From the NCBI RefSeq assembly GCF_009914755.1, contig NC_060926.1: a stretch of 64,000 nucleotides of DNA; one strand, written 5' to 3'. The notes beneath the pieces were generated by a model, which was given only the letters and a program-made list of their open reading frames with translations, was not told the DNA's origin and did no database searches. A program made the position numbers and the translations under genes. Positions 14,960-28,380 of this stretch are shown one piece after another (position 1 is the stretch's first letter; each line of letters starts with the position of its first letter). The stretch is from the human T2T-CHM13v2.0 reference genome, Homo sapiens.

Positions 14960-15800
14960 TTGTCTCACACTTGATAGATGGTTTGGCTGGGCTTAGAAGT
15001 CTAAGTTCAAAATAATATTTGCTCAGAACCTTAAAGGTTTCACCTTATTGCCTTCTTGTATCCAGTGGCATTGATGATAGACTGGTCATTATTTCCTCTT
15101 AGATCATATAAGCAGTATAATAGGTTTCTTTTATGTTTTTAAAATGTTTAAAATAATCTTTATCCTTGATGTTCTGACATTTCACAAGAACTTATCTAGT
15201 GATGGGCTTTTTTCCCCCTTTAATCCTATTATCTCTCTTTACAAACATTTTCTATGGAAAAAAAAATTCTTTTTAAGTTCTGGGAATTTTCTGCGTTATT
15301 TACTTGAACATTTTCCCTCTTTCATGCTCTTTTCTGGGAAATTCTGAGGGTAAATGTTGAATATCCCCGGTGGCCGAGTCTCAAGTTCTCTTTTCTGTTT
15401 GTTTATTTGTTTGTTTTCCATTGTATTTTCATTTCTTTGTCTATTTGCTCTATATTCTTGAAGACTTGTTTTGACTTTATGGTCCAGCTCGCACATTTAA
15501 TTTTTCTATTATTTGGTAATTGAATGTTCAACTGTCCAATGACTCTTTCTTGTTCTCTGCTTATTTTTTTAATAATAACATTTAAACAAAGTTCTTATTC
15601 AAATTGTATTTGAAACTCTGGGGAAGGTAATAATAATGTTTAAAAATTTTATTTTGATCTCCAAATTCAGTTAGGTTAGTCTTTCTCTGTCTATATCGGG
15701 TTTTCATTTTCATTTTATAGGTACTGGTGAATCCTGATTGCCCACTTAGCATTTAGAAGACTGATTATCATTCTTGCTTTCTCCTCGGTGTTTCCTTGTT
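14960..15800 (-). mobile_element. Old L1M (L1ME-type) ORF1-region fragment
   Basis: gatggtttggctgggcttagaagtctaagttcaaaata...ttgccttcttgtatccagtg, typical antisense L1M ORF1. Confidence 0.6.
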
Positions 15801-16216
15801 TTCTATATGAATAAAGCAAAAACAAAAAAAAAATCTTGTTTCTTTTCATGGGAAGTGTGAATGGAGCTGTGATAAGTATAAGAGCTGTGTTTTTCATTTT
15901 TTAGGCTAGTTTGGGGGTCAAAAGGAGCCAATAGCCTGAGGGTCCCTTATTTCCAGATTTTGGAAGTAAGTGTTTGTTTTAGGTGTTGGTACTTCTGGCA
16001 ACCCTTATTATTCCCAAGATTACATTCAGACTTTTAAAAAAGAGAACTTTTTCTTTGTTGCTGTTTTTGTTTATTGCTTTGGTTTTTCATATCCTTTACT
16101 CGTTCTGTTTGACAGGAACATCTGGTTTGAAGTTTCTTTTTTAGTTTTCAATAGACCCTTCACCATTTTGCAACTTCTCTTTTCCTAACTTCCATACCTC
16201 AAAATTTACCTCCTGA

Positions 16217-16606
<390 letters not shown>

Positions 16607-16899
16607 TAATTTGTGTTTTTAACTACAACTTCTCATACTATTTCGTCAGTAAACATCCTCCCATCTGCTTCCTTTCACCCAGAGATATGCCACAATCCCC
16701 AATCTCTTGGTGTTCTGTGAACATCGTTTTCTTCTGTGAGTTTACCTCCTTTGCATTTCGAAGTAGGAAAACGACCATACCTGAATCTTTAACCCGGTAT
16801 TCAAAATCAATTTTTGAATACTCCTTTCAAGTATTTTTATAATATACTTGTGTTCAAAAGAAAAATTATATAAAAACTGGTGATCAACAACAGACTGTT

Positions 16900-17203
<304 letters not shown>

Positions 17204-17205
17204 GT

Positions 17206-17585
17206 AAATGGAATGAAAACACGGCATACTATTGAAAGAAATACAAACACTTAATTATCATGTAACTTCACATATGCAGATGAACTCTGAAAATATTAAA
17301 TATTGAAGGTGAAAAAGAAATGACAAAGTTAATTGAAGGAAATTCATTGTTAGTTGATTTAAAGTTAATTGAAGGAGACTGTTTTTAGATATGGGGTGTT
17401 AGAGAGTTCTGAAAACCTTGAAGCATAAATAGCAAATGGAAAAATTATGTATGAGATTATGTAAAAATTAAGCATTTGTTTTTAGAAAATAACACAATGG
17501 ACAGTGTTAATAACCACAGGGAAGAAACAAATTGCCATGCCTAAAATTGACATGAATATTTACACTATTCAATTATTTCCTGAAA
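17206..17585 (+). mobile_element. Old L1M ORF2 3' fragment
   Basis: Degenerate L1 ORF2 C-terminal region, e.g. gagattatgtaaaaattaagcatttg. Confidence 0.5.
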
Positions 17586-17884
17586 ATCTGGGAGCAGAGT
17601 GAGACTCTGTCTTAAAAATAAACATAAGCCTATATATCAGGGTCAGCTTACATAATCAGAAACAAGTGACCAAGGCTAATTTACAGGCTGAGAGAAGAAG
17701 TAGATTACAGCTTTGGCAGTGCCGCTCACTAGCTCTGTATTTTGGAAATATCATTGTCCATCCACTCAAATATTTGTTCAAGTAGTTTAAGTAAGCACTG
17801 GCTACATATCTGCCCACATAGCTACACACACACACGCCCCCACACACACGCACACGTGTGTGTTAGGCAGTTGCTCACTATGCA

Positions 17885-17995
17885 GCTATTGATTCAATAG
17901 CTATTTATCCTGTGCCTATTAAGTGCAAGGTGCTGTTCAGTTAGACCTCGAGGCTTTGAGCATGACAAGGAAGAGTGATCCCTGAACTCAGGACG
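17885..17995 (-). mobile_element. L2 3' fragment
   Basis: attcaatagctatttatcctgtgcctattaagtgcaaggtgctg, antisense L2 tail. Confidence 0.55.
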
Positions 17996-18849
17996 TGAAC
18001 TCACAGGCATCATTTCACCCTCTTATCCAAAAACTTTGATCTTGCTTATATTTTTCAAAAGTTTCGAATTCCTTACTCAGATATGTGAAATGATGTTTAC
18101 AATATCTCCCTGTGGAGAGGGCTGGAATCAGCCAGAACCAAATAAAGGTTGTTATCCTTCTCTCTGAGTCACTACTCACTGTGCTATTCTCTGTATGTTA
18201 AGGCCATCTGCAGGTTAGGTAGACCTACCTGAAGGGGCAGGTGAGGAGAGGAGGTGGAGAAGCATCCTTCCTCATTGCCAAATGACAATCAGGCTAATTC
18301 TGCCACAAGGAAGAAGAAAACTTGAAAAGAACTCCTACTTGCCTGCGCTGGCTTTGGGAGAGACACAGCATTCTATGGAGGTATAAGCTAAGGTAGTGAA
18401 ATCAGTGTTCCCTCAACACTCAGTAGCTGAGTGGTGCTAGAGTGATAGATCTAGAGAGTTAAGTTTTTGAATCTTACTTTAAGGCACTATGAAGCACATT
18501 ATGAAGGAACCCTGAACTCTAGCCCTTTTTGGAGAAAGAGTTTCCATGACATTCAAGAACAGTTTCTATATTACAAATTTTCTTAGACAACATCTTTATA
18601 AAATCATTGCAATGTAATTTCAAACCATTTGTTTTTTATTGTAAGAGAGTCAGGGATTTTCACAAGTACTTTTTTGTCCATCACACAAACACTCCTATAG
18701 TACAAAGGTATATATAAATTGCTGCTTGGATTGGCTGTAAAACAAAACAAAACAATAAAATGGAACTTGTTTTGGGATTTGCCAATGCTCTCAGATGGCA
18801 GAAACATCCTTGGAACAAATAATGATAACAGAAGTCATATGCGATGCTA

Positions 18850-19400
18850 CTGCATTTCAATATTACAAGGGATAAAACCTCACGGGAGGATCAGAAAGAT
18901 GTTTCTGAAGGAGATGAATTTTGATCTTGACTTTGAAGTTTGGATCAGTCATTCCTTGACAAATATTTTATGAATGTCTACTGTGGGAAATGTCAGGAAA
19001 TCTCTGCCCAAATGTATTAATGATAGCATGATAGCATGTGGAGGACAGCATTCATACCCTTCAACAAATCAATGTACGCTTACAAATTTGATTAGTGCGG
19101 TAAAGTGCACAGAGCTATGCGAAGATGTCTAGGAGGACTCCAAGGTAACACGTGGAATCAGGAAGCGTGGCCAAGATGAGCTGACTTTGAGGGACATCAG
19201 AAAATAGAACATGGTGATTAACTAAGCAAGGGCGGGAGGAAAAGACTATTTCAGTTAAAAGGGACAAAAAGTGCACAGGGCATATTTTGCAATGGGATGC
19301 TGCGGTCTGCCGGACACGGAAAGAAAGTCACTGGGGATGCTGTGTAGACAGTGAGGGAGAGCTTGCATCAACAGGAGGCTGCGGAGGCTTTGTAGACAGA
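18850..19400 (-). mobile_element. L2 fragments
   Basis: cattccttgacaaatattttatgaatgtctactg; ggatcagaaagatgtttctgaaggagatgaattttgatcttgactttgaag. Confidence 0.6.
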
Positions 19401-19589
19401 GCATGCAGTTTGCTCGCTATCTCCTGTCCCTCTCTTCCACCCTCTCCTTGCCTCCTTGCCTCTTTGTGCTTATCTATGTTGGAAATGCTTCATTCTCACT
19501 TATGTGTTTTCTACTTGCCTGTTTCTCATTTCCATCCAGGCTTTGGTTAACTGCCATAGTATTGGTCCTGGTAGTACTAGTAGTAGTTA

Positions 19590-19800
19590 ACTCATTACTA
19601 GCTTGCTCTCTATGTCCCGGTCACTGTCTAAATAATCAACCAGATCGGCCCATCTGATTCTCACAACAACCCTGCACGGTAAGTGCTCTTATCACCACCT
19701 CAAAATCGATGGAATTAGGCACAGGAAGATTAAGTGACTTACCCAAAGCCACATCCCTAAAAGAGAAGAACCAGCCTCCAGGCCTAGACCACCCTGTCCT
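19590..19800 (-). mobile_element. MIR
   Basis: ttctcacaacaaccctgc...ggcacaggaagattaagtgacttacccaaagccaca. Confidence 0.8.
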
Positions 19801-20039
19801 TAGCCCAAGATCAGTGCTGCACTGCTAGCACCCAGGCCTGCCTGGCATCAGGTAGGGAGAATAAAGAAAGAAATGGGAACCACATTTATGTCTTTGTATT
19901 TTGCCAGGATGAAGGGATGCTACGTTATATTTCCTTCCCGAAATGCACAATATTTTTTTAACACACTGAATCCATGGAATGGTTAGACTGTTGCAAATAA
20001 CTGATGGGAAAAGTTTATTGACCAGAAACTCCCACCACT

Positions 20040-20340
20040 GACTGTCTGCGCTATTCACACAATGAAGCACAGATACAGCAGCATGCTGGCTCTTTCACTA
20101 CCATAGAAATTAATCTTTAATTTACTCATCTCAAAAATGAACACTGACTGTGCAATTAGGATAAATGTCTGATGTTAATAATATGCATCCCTTCAATTAG
20201 TGCTGAATTCATCATGCTAGCCGCAAACTAGTATTGATTAAGAGATTAAGGGCCCAAAAGATATGCAGAAAATGTGATTAGCGCCCTAGAGGTGTGATGA
20301 CGGTATTTGAATAAAAAATCTTGCATTGTGCATCTACAGT
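20040..20340. promoter_or_regulatory. Candidate enhancer (TAAT/ATTA-dense unique block)
   Basis: aattaatc, caattagg, caattagt, tgattaagagattaag, tgattagc. Confidence 0.33.
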
Positions 20341-21019
20341 AGAAATATTTCTCACTAAAGTTCAGTACATTTTGTAACTTTATCAAATAAGGCCTAGTTA
20401 TTAATTTGTGATCAAGCTAAGGTTGCTCATTTCTTCACATTTAAGCATTAGAGTCAGTATATGGTATTTCACTAGCAGTTTGCACTGTATCTGTACCCAG
20501 CTTCTCACTAACATATCATAGAAAGGCAATACGGAAAATATAAAATAGTAAAAACCCGAAAGCTCTACTGCAAGAATTAGATACAAACTAACATTAATTA
20601 AAAGACACGTGGATGTGTGTTGAGCAGCTCTCTCCTGAGTCTCTGCTTCTGCTCAGGGTATGTACTGGCTTCGCTGCTACAGACATGCAGGGAAAAAGGT
20701 GGAAATAAACTTTGTTTTCAGGATATCTCTCCCCAGATTTAGAGATGTGGGGCCCATTAACCCAAGACCCTAGTTTTCATTCCCACCTCCCTTTCAGAGA
20801 AGAGAATGGCACCCTCCTGCCCCCTCCTCTTCCCCTTAGTATGTGAGTGGAGATGAACAGGAGAGAAAGCAGCTGGTGAAAGTCAAGCTGGAGTGGTTTT
20901 ATGTTATACATTTTTGGACATGGAAGCCTCTCCAGGCAAATGGTAAATAGAGGTGTATAAAATCTGGATTCAAACACTGCTGCCTTCAATGCAGTGCAGG
21001 CCTACCATGCTCTTGCTTG

Positions 21020-22312
21020 CATGCTCATTATCACTAATTGTCAGGGAAATGAAAATTAAAGCTACAATAAGATACATGTGCATGAATAGCAAAGACTTGG
21101 AGCCAGCCCAAATGTCCACAATGATAGACTGGATTAAGAAAATGTGGCACATATGCACCATGGAATACTATGCAGCCACAGAAAAGGATGAGTTCATGTC
21201 TTTTGTAGGGACATGAATGAAGCTGGAAACCATCATTCTGAGGAAACTATCGCAAGGACAGAAAACCAAACACCACATGTTCTCACTCACAGGTGGGAAT
21301 TGAACAATGAGAACACTTGGACATCGGGTGGGGAACATCACACACTGGGGACTGTTGTGGGGTGGGGGTAGAGGGGAGGGATAGCATTAGGAGATATACC
21401 TAATGTAAATGACGAGTTAATGGGTGCAGCACACCAACATGGCACATGTATACATATGTAACAAATCTGCACACTGTGCACATGTACCCTAGAACTTAAA
21501 GTATAATAATAAAAAAAATGAAAAAAAAAAACTACAATAAGATATCACCTAACACCTGTTAGAATGGCACTTAGAAAAACAAAAGATATCAAGTGTTGGT
21601 GAGGATGTGGGGAAAATGAAACTCTTATACACAGTTGATGAAAATGTAAATTAGTGAAACCCTTATGAGAAACAGTATGGAGGTTTCTTAAAAACCTAAA
21701 AATACAATTACCTTATGACCCAGTAATCCCATCCCTGTGGTGGATATCCAAAGGAAATTGGGTAAGTATGTTTAAGGGATGTCTGCACGCCCACATGCAT
21801 TGCAGCATTATTCAAAATAGCCAATATATAAATCAGCCTAAGGGTTTCTCAGTTGATAAAGTATGATATTTATACACAGTGGAATATTATTTAGCCTTAA
21901 AAAAAACTGAAGTGAAATAAGCCAGGCACTGAAAGAAAAATATTCCATGATCTTATTTATACATGGAATCTATAAGAGCAGAACTCAGAAGCAGAGAGTA
22001 GAGGGTTGGGATAAGGTGATATTGGGGAGATATCTGTGAAAAAACACAACCTTTTTGTTACACAGGAGGGATAAGTTCAAAAGATCCATTGTAAAACATG
22101 GTGTCTATAACTAATAATAACCATCTATTGTATACTTGATAATTGCTAAGATAGTGGACTTTTTATTCTCTCCCCAAAAAATATGTGAGGTAGTATATAT
22201 GTTAACTAGCTTGATTTAACCATTTCACAATGCATCCATATTTAAAACATCATATAGAACTCAATAAAAGTATACAACTTTAATTTGACTATTAATTTCT
22301 TTAATTAAAAAA
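21020..22312 (+). mobile_element. L1MA (MA6/MA7-like) 3' end, interrupted by an L1PA at 21075-21527
   Basis: ORF2 C-terminus (atcactaattgtcagggaaatg | gatatcacctaacacctgttagaatgg) plus an L1MA-type 3' UTR (gataagttcaaaagatccattgtaaaacatggtg). Confidence 0.85.
21075..21527 (+). mobile_element. 5'-truncated L1PA (PA4/PA5-like) with a short 5' inversion
   Basis: End of ORF2 (DWIKKMWHI..MEYYAA), G-rich 3' UTR, ccctagaacttaaagtataataat and A-tail. TSD aaa(g/a)ctacaataagata at 21058-21074 and 21528-21544. Confidence 0.95.
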
Positions 22313-23856
22313 GATATCATGAATTTTTTTTCTGTTTCTTTTGCATCTGGACTCTATGAAAATATATACAGCTGGTTTTTCATCTCTGTCCAGATCTTAG
22401 TAAATTAGAATTGATTAAGGGAATCAGAGATGAGTAAAGTAGTTTAAAAATCTTATATGATCACTGCACTGAGATTAAATTCTTTCCAGTAAAGCAGAAC
22501 TCACTTCCAAGTTCATCATCAAAAGAAAAGTAAATATAGAAATGAAACAGATGGAGATCAAAATATTAACTTTATTTTCCAAGCTGAATTGAAGGACGTG
22601 GCTTATATCTAGGCCAAATGGAATTTCACATATTTCAGTGCTGCCCCTTCCCCTGAAAATATCCTTATTCCCTCAATCACAGTATGAACTGACAACCTGG
22701 AGACCTCCTCAGTAGGGCCAGCTGTGTCCCAGGAGGAGAAGGTGTGCGTGAGAAGAAACTAAACCCACACACCCAAGCCACGCACACGCAAACTCTTCTT
22801 CCCATCTTACCCCGACTCAGTCACTCCCTCTCACTACAAGATTGAATGAGAGAGGACATTGGAAGAGACACCAGAATTAAATGTCTCATGTTTCCGTCTT
22901 CAGGAGCCTTGCAGTTCCGTCTCTTTTATTGAATTTAAAGAGTAATGGTTATTTCACCAATACTCTGTCATTATCTTCTTTGTTAAGAGTTCTTGAGGAT
23001 AAGAGACCAGATATGATGCACCCTCATAGCTAGTTTCTATCCCTTTATTAAGAAGATAAACTTTATGTCTTGGAATAATTTAAGATGTGCAGAAAAGTTT
23101 GGGCGGTAGTGGAGACAGACTCTGTGTCCTCCTCACACAGGGGTCCTCCCTTGCCAGCATTTCACATGACCCAGGTACGTTGGCCAACACTGAGAAACAG
23201 ACACGGGCCCACTACTAAGAACAGCATTTCCGACCTGTTTTCAACCTATTTTGAAATGAAAGTCGTCACTGCCAGCATCAACTTTGGTGAGCGGAGAAAG
23301 CCCATCCCTGTCATGAATTTGGTGCAACTTCACTGAAGGCTGCAGCTTACTCTGAAGGTGAGGCCAGGGAGCTGGTGAAGCAGAAGCAAGGATAGCCTGC
23401 TGCATTCGGAACCCAAAGTGAAGAGGGTCCACTATTCCAAATGGAGGGTTTCTCTCTATGTGCAGGTCAATATTATTTTGACTATCAAACATTAGTGTTT
23501 CTGTTTAGAGAAGCTATTATGTATCAGGAGGGAAAACTGCCTTTTCCCGCAGAACCTGGTTGACACAAGCATAGCATTCTCTAAACTGTAAACCTTAACA
23601 TGCCCATAGAAATGCAGAAAAGAATGCCAGGTGGCTCTGTGAGTACCATGGTGTGGATATCAATGTAACCAATGCCTCATAGAGAAGTACAGCATAATGG
23701 GACTCCCAGGGCCCCTCATGTTCCACCCTAACAAATCTGACTCTTACAGTCATATGGTTTGGCTCATATATGTCTATTTCTGAGGGTGAGTATAGTGTGA
23801 TTAATCTTTTCAATATCCCAAGGTATTTGTCATCATGAAACTACCACAGTGTGATA

Positions 23857-23917
23857 TTAGATTGGTGCAAAATTACTTTCAATGGCAAAAACTCCAAGTA
23901 CTTTTGCACCAACCTAG
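23857..23917. mobile_element. MADE1 mariner MITE, internally deleted
   Basis: TIRs ttag(a)ttggtgcaaaa...ttttgcaccaaccta flanked by TA dinucleotides. Confidence 0.9.
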
Positions 23918-24589
23918 TAAATGCCATAGATAATTTTAGGAAAACGCCAAGTGAAGAGTATTAGCATTTCTTAACAGATTGTCCAAGGAGTCATTTTATC
24001 TTGTTTTTCTGAATGCATTCATTAAATATACACTAGGAGGAATAAATTAGCAAACATCTACATAGTCAGAAGTCAGGGTCTAATTTACCGTCAACTCCAG
24101 TTTAGAGAACTTGTTTCAAACTGGGCAAATGACAGAAGAGAAGAAGAAAAGTAGAGTTTTTGAGGAAGGCTTTCTAAGTCTGACTGAGATGCCTCTAAAT
24201 TAAACCAATCATTTTACTGAATATAATTTTAATATTTCCTTCGCTTAATTTCAATACCTTTTTTCTTACATATGTAACAGTTTGACTGCTGTATAAGTAT
24301 ATAATGTTACAACTATTACAAAAAGAATAAATCTGTATGTAATATAAACTATATTGGTCCAGTGGTACTAAAAATTGTTTAAACATTAAATCAGCTATCA
24401 TTGGTTAAAATTTTCTAATATGACTGAGAAATACTGGTGCCAAAAAAAGAAGTGTGCTTATAAAGTATTGATAATATTAAGAGAAGATATTAGCATTTAT
24501 AGGGCATCTGCTATATTCCAGACATTGCAATTTATATTTATTGCCCTTCATCATTTCAACTATATAAGCTACACAAACATACAAAAATA

Positions 24590-25540
24590 ATAATTATAAA
24601 CATATATGCAACAATTATAAACACGTATACACCTAATAATAGAGCCGCAACATAAATGAAGCAAAAAACTGACCGAATTAAAGGAAAAAGTAAACAATAA
24701 TGATTGGAGACTTCAGTGGCACACTTATAATAATAATTAGAAAAACAGAAAATGAAGAAAAGGGACTGTTAGAAGAATTTCCAGTAGCCAATCACAACCT
24801 GCTAAAGAGAAATAAATAACATAAAAAAATACACTCGGGTCACCAGAAACACACATTTAAAGTTAAAAAAGAAAAGAATATAGATAATGTATAAATAACA
24901 ATAGAATAATTAATTTTTAAAATCTTTACATGCTTGACAAATAAACAAAATATAAATGTTTTTCAACTGTCACAGAAGAGGTATATGGAATATAAAAGAA
25001 ATTTTTGGACAACAAAAGTAAATGAAGAGTGAGCAGACAATTGAATCAAAAAAAAATTTTTTTCCTGAATTAAATATATTTTTGTGTTAAAAGTTAGGAT
25101 TAAAATGGAAAAGAGTGAAATGCTGGAGATGCACAAAATAACCAAAGGAAATAAAATAAAAAAAGGAGTTAAAGTTGTTGAAATAAGATGGTAGTTATAA
25201 AATACAGATAAATAATACTTACTATATACATACTTCCATTCTGAAAGAGATGCACAGCAAATTTTAAAGAGAAATCTGTATAGACATATAACACAGAAAA
25301 TAATTTCTGAAGTAAAATAATACCCATATCTGAAAACAAAAGAATATATCATGTCTCAGAAAATTTTGACAAATAATAATCAATACTAAAGCTTCTACTG
25401 GTGAAGTTACTGAATTTAAAAATAATTCTACTGCTAAGTTAGGCCAGGTTTTTGTCACCTACAAGATAGAAAATGAATCTGAAATCAGTGTTATTTACAG
25501 TAACATTTAATAATTAAAGGACTTCGAAATGTCTATAAAA
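24590..25540 (+). mobile_element. Old L1M fragments (ORF2 endonuclease piece and ORF1-like piece)
   Basis: acaattataaacacgtatacacctaataatagagcc...gattggagacttcag encodes endonuclease motifs YTPN and GDF; A-rich L1-like strand bias. Confidence 0.55.
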
Positions 25541-25544
25541 TTGG

Positions 25545-27068
25545 CAGCTTTCCAGTATTGAGTCTTCTAATTCACACAGTATGTATTTTCATTTATTTAG
25601 GTCTTAATTGACATATTTAGCCAGCAGTTTGTCCAGTTTTTAACATGCACATTCTTTATATGTTTTATGATGTCAAATTTCTAAGAATGTTGTATTTTGA
25701 AGCTATTTTTTAAAATGCTGTTTTTTATCTCCATCGTTCATTGTTTACATACAGAAATCCACTTGATATTTATGTTTCCATTGTATTCTACAATTTTGCT
25801 AGAATTACTTTTCTCCTCCTCCTCCTTCTTCTTCTTCCTCATCGCCATCACATGTTAGTTGAAATTCCACATAGAGTCATGTTGTCTTTAAATAGGAATA
25901 AGTTTATATCCTCCTTTTCACAGTTGTGTATTTTTTCTTGCCTTGTTGCATTGCCTAGCATTTTCATTAAAATGCTGAATAGGAGCAGTGAGAGTGAAAA
26001 TACTTGCCTAGTTCTTAGACATAGGGGAAAAGCATTCAAGCTTGATATTAAGTATAATATTAGCTCTATGATTTTTGTATAATACCTTTTATCAGGCTGA
26101 GGAAGTTTTCTTCTATCCCTACTTAGAATAGGTTTTTATGACTTGATGTTGAACTTTCCTTAGTGCTTTTTCTATACCAATTCATATAATCATGTGATTT
26201 TTCTTTTTTAAGTTGTTTTTATGGCAGAGTACACTGATTTAAAAATATTGAAGTAGCTTTGAATTGTCAGGATAAAGTCCATTTGGTCATGGTACAGTAT
26301 TTGCTTTATATATTATTAGAATTAGAATTGATTTCCTAATTTTATATTGAAGGTCTATTCATTTCAATATTGTTTTTCTTTTCTTGTACTGTCTTTGTAT
26401 GGTTTCGGTAGAAGGGTAATACTAGTATAAAATGTCTGAGGGTGTTTTCTTCATCTTATCTTTCAAATAGATTGTGTAGAATTGACATTATTTCTTCTTA
26501 AAACATTTGGTAGAATTCACCATTGAGACAATTTTGGCCTAGATAATTGGAGGGTAGTACAAACCTATTTTGGTTATCTAATTTTTCTTGGGTAAGTTTT
26601 GATAACTTATGTTTTTGAGAAATCGGTCAATTTCTTCTACATGGTACAATCCACATTCATAGACTTTTTTTTACAGCTTCTTTTAGTGTATTTTTAAGGT
26701 ACACTAGTTATTTCCTTTTTTAATTTTTGTATTGGTAATTTGCTTATTTTTTTCTCTCTCTTTTTTCGTTACTCTTGCTATAGTTTTATAAACTTAATAA
26801 TTCTTTTCAAAGGATCAGCTTTTGGTTTGTTTAATTTTCTCTATTTTTTCTTCTCTGATCTCTATTATTTTCTTCCATCTAAATTACTTAGTTTTATTTT
26901 GCTAATATTTCCCTAGTTTTCTAAGGTAGAAGCATAGATAGTTGATTTGAGTCTTCTCAATGAGCATATATTGTGAAGTTGCTCTAAGTACTGTTTTAAT
27001 TTCACTTTATAAATTATATATTTTATTTTTATGTGTGTTCATTTTAAAGTATTTTTACATAATTTCCA
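25545..27068 (-). mobile_element. Old L1M ORF2, antisense; host of the L1MA insertion, continues at 33681
   Basis: aatgctgaataggagcagtgagagtgaaaatacttgcctagttc; ggtagaattcaccattgag. Confidence 0.8.
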
Positions 27069-28025
27069 GTTTTAATAACATGGAAGCAAGCTGGCTTCAC
27101 TCCCTGACACAGAAAATAAATAAATAACCAGCTCTGATAGTATCACCAGAAATATCCCAGAAGTTACATGAGGATGAGACAGTTCCCAGGACCACAAAGA
27201 AGTTAAATATTCTGAGTAGATTAAAAGAATATAGGACTTCCCTGTCTGCAATGCCCTCCTCCCTGATTTTCCCTGCATCAAGTGTGAGAAAACTCTCACC
27301 CACCAAGTCATGATTTTTACACTGGAAATGTAAGATTGAGGTGGACAACCAGCTTCCCCAGAATCTTGGATTTCCTAGCAGGAGACCTGTCTCTGCCTCA
27401 ATGCACCAAAGGTATTGTGAGTGCCTGAAGGGGAAAACATCTCTGAGGACAGGAACAGACAAAGGGGAAAGACAGAACTACCATTCCCACTCCTGAAAAG
27501 TTTGTTCTCTAACTCAGTAAAAGGAGAGGCCAAATTAGAGTGACTTTTTAATAGCATCACACTGCAGGAGAAATGTTCCACAGCTCCGCTGAGCACAAAT
27601 CTCCAGCTTCCTATCCTTCCAGGATATCCCTTCGGGGACCCAATAACAGTCAGCTCTCTGATGATTGACTAGAGACAAGACAAACCTGGGAATAAGACAC
27701 CACCTAGTGCTGAAAAGAAGGCAAGAACCTAATGGGGGAAAAATTAACTGGTAAATTACAGGGAATCTCTCAACAAATACATCCAATCCAAACCAAAGAC
27801 CAGGTGGACAAAGAAGACTAGAATAAATAATTGATACTTCAATGAAATATATAGAAGTATACTCACAGGAAACAACAGCAAACAGAGAACCATGACCACC
27901 TCAGACAAAGCAGGGAACAGATGACTGAAACTAAGAAGATAATGATATGTGAGCTCTCTGAGCAAGAATTCAAAATAGCAGTTTTAAGGAAACTCAGTGA
28001 TCTCCAAGATAACACAGATAAGTAG

Positions 28026-28380
<355 letters not shown>

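Noticed and set aside
20278-20296. CTCF-like motifs (also at 46590-46603 and 56562-56579)
   Set aside because: Core spacing is off by about 2 nt or key positions mismatch; one lies in ordinary L1 sequence.
24963-25352. Hydrophobic ORFs resembling membrane proteins (also 34483-34815 and 40928-41261)
   Set aside because: They read T-rich L1 antisense sequence, which gives F/L/I-rich peptides.
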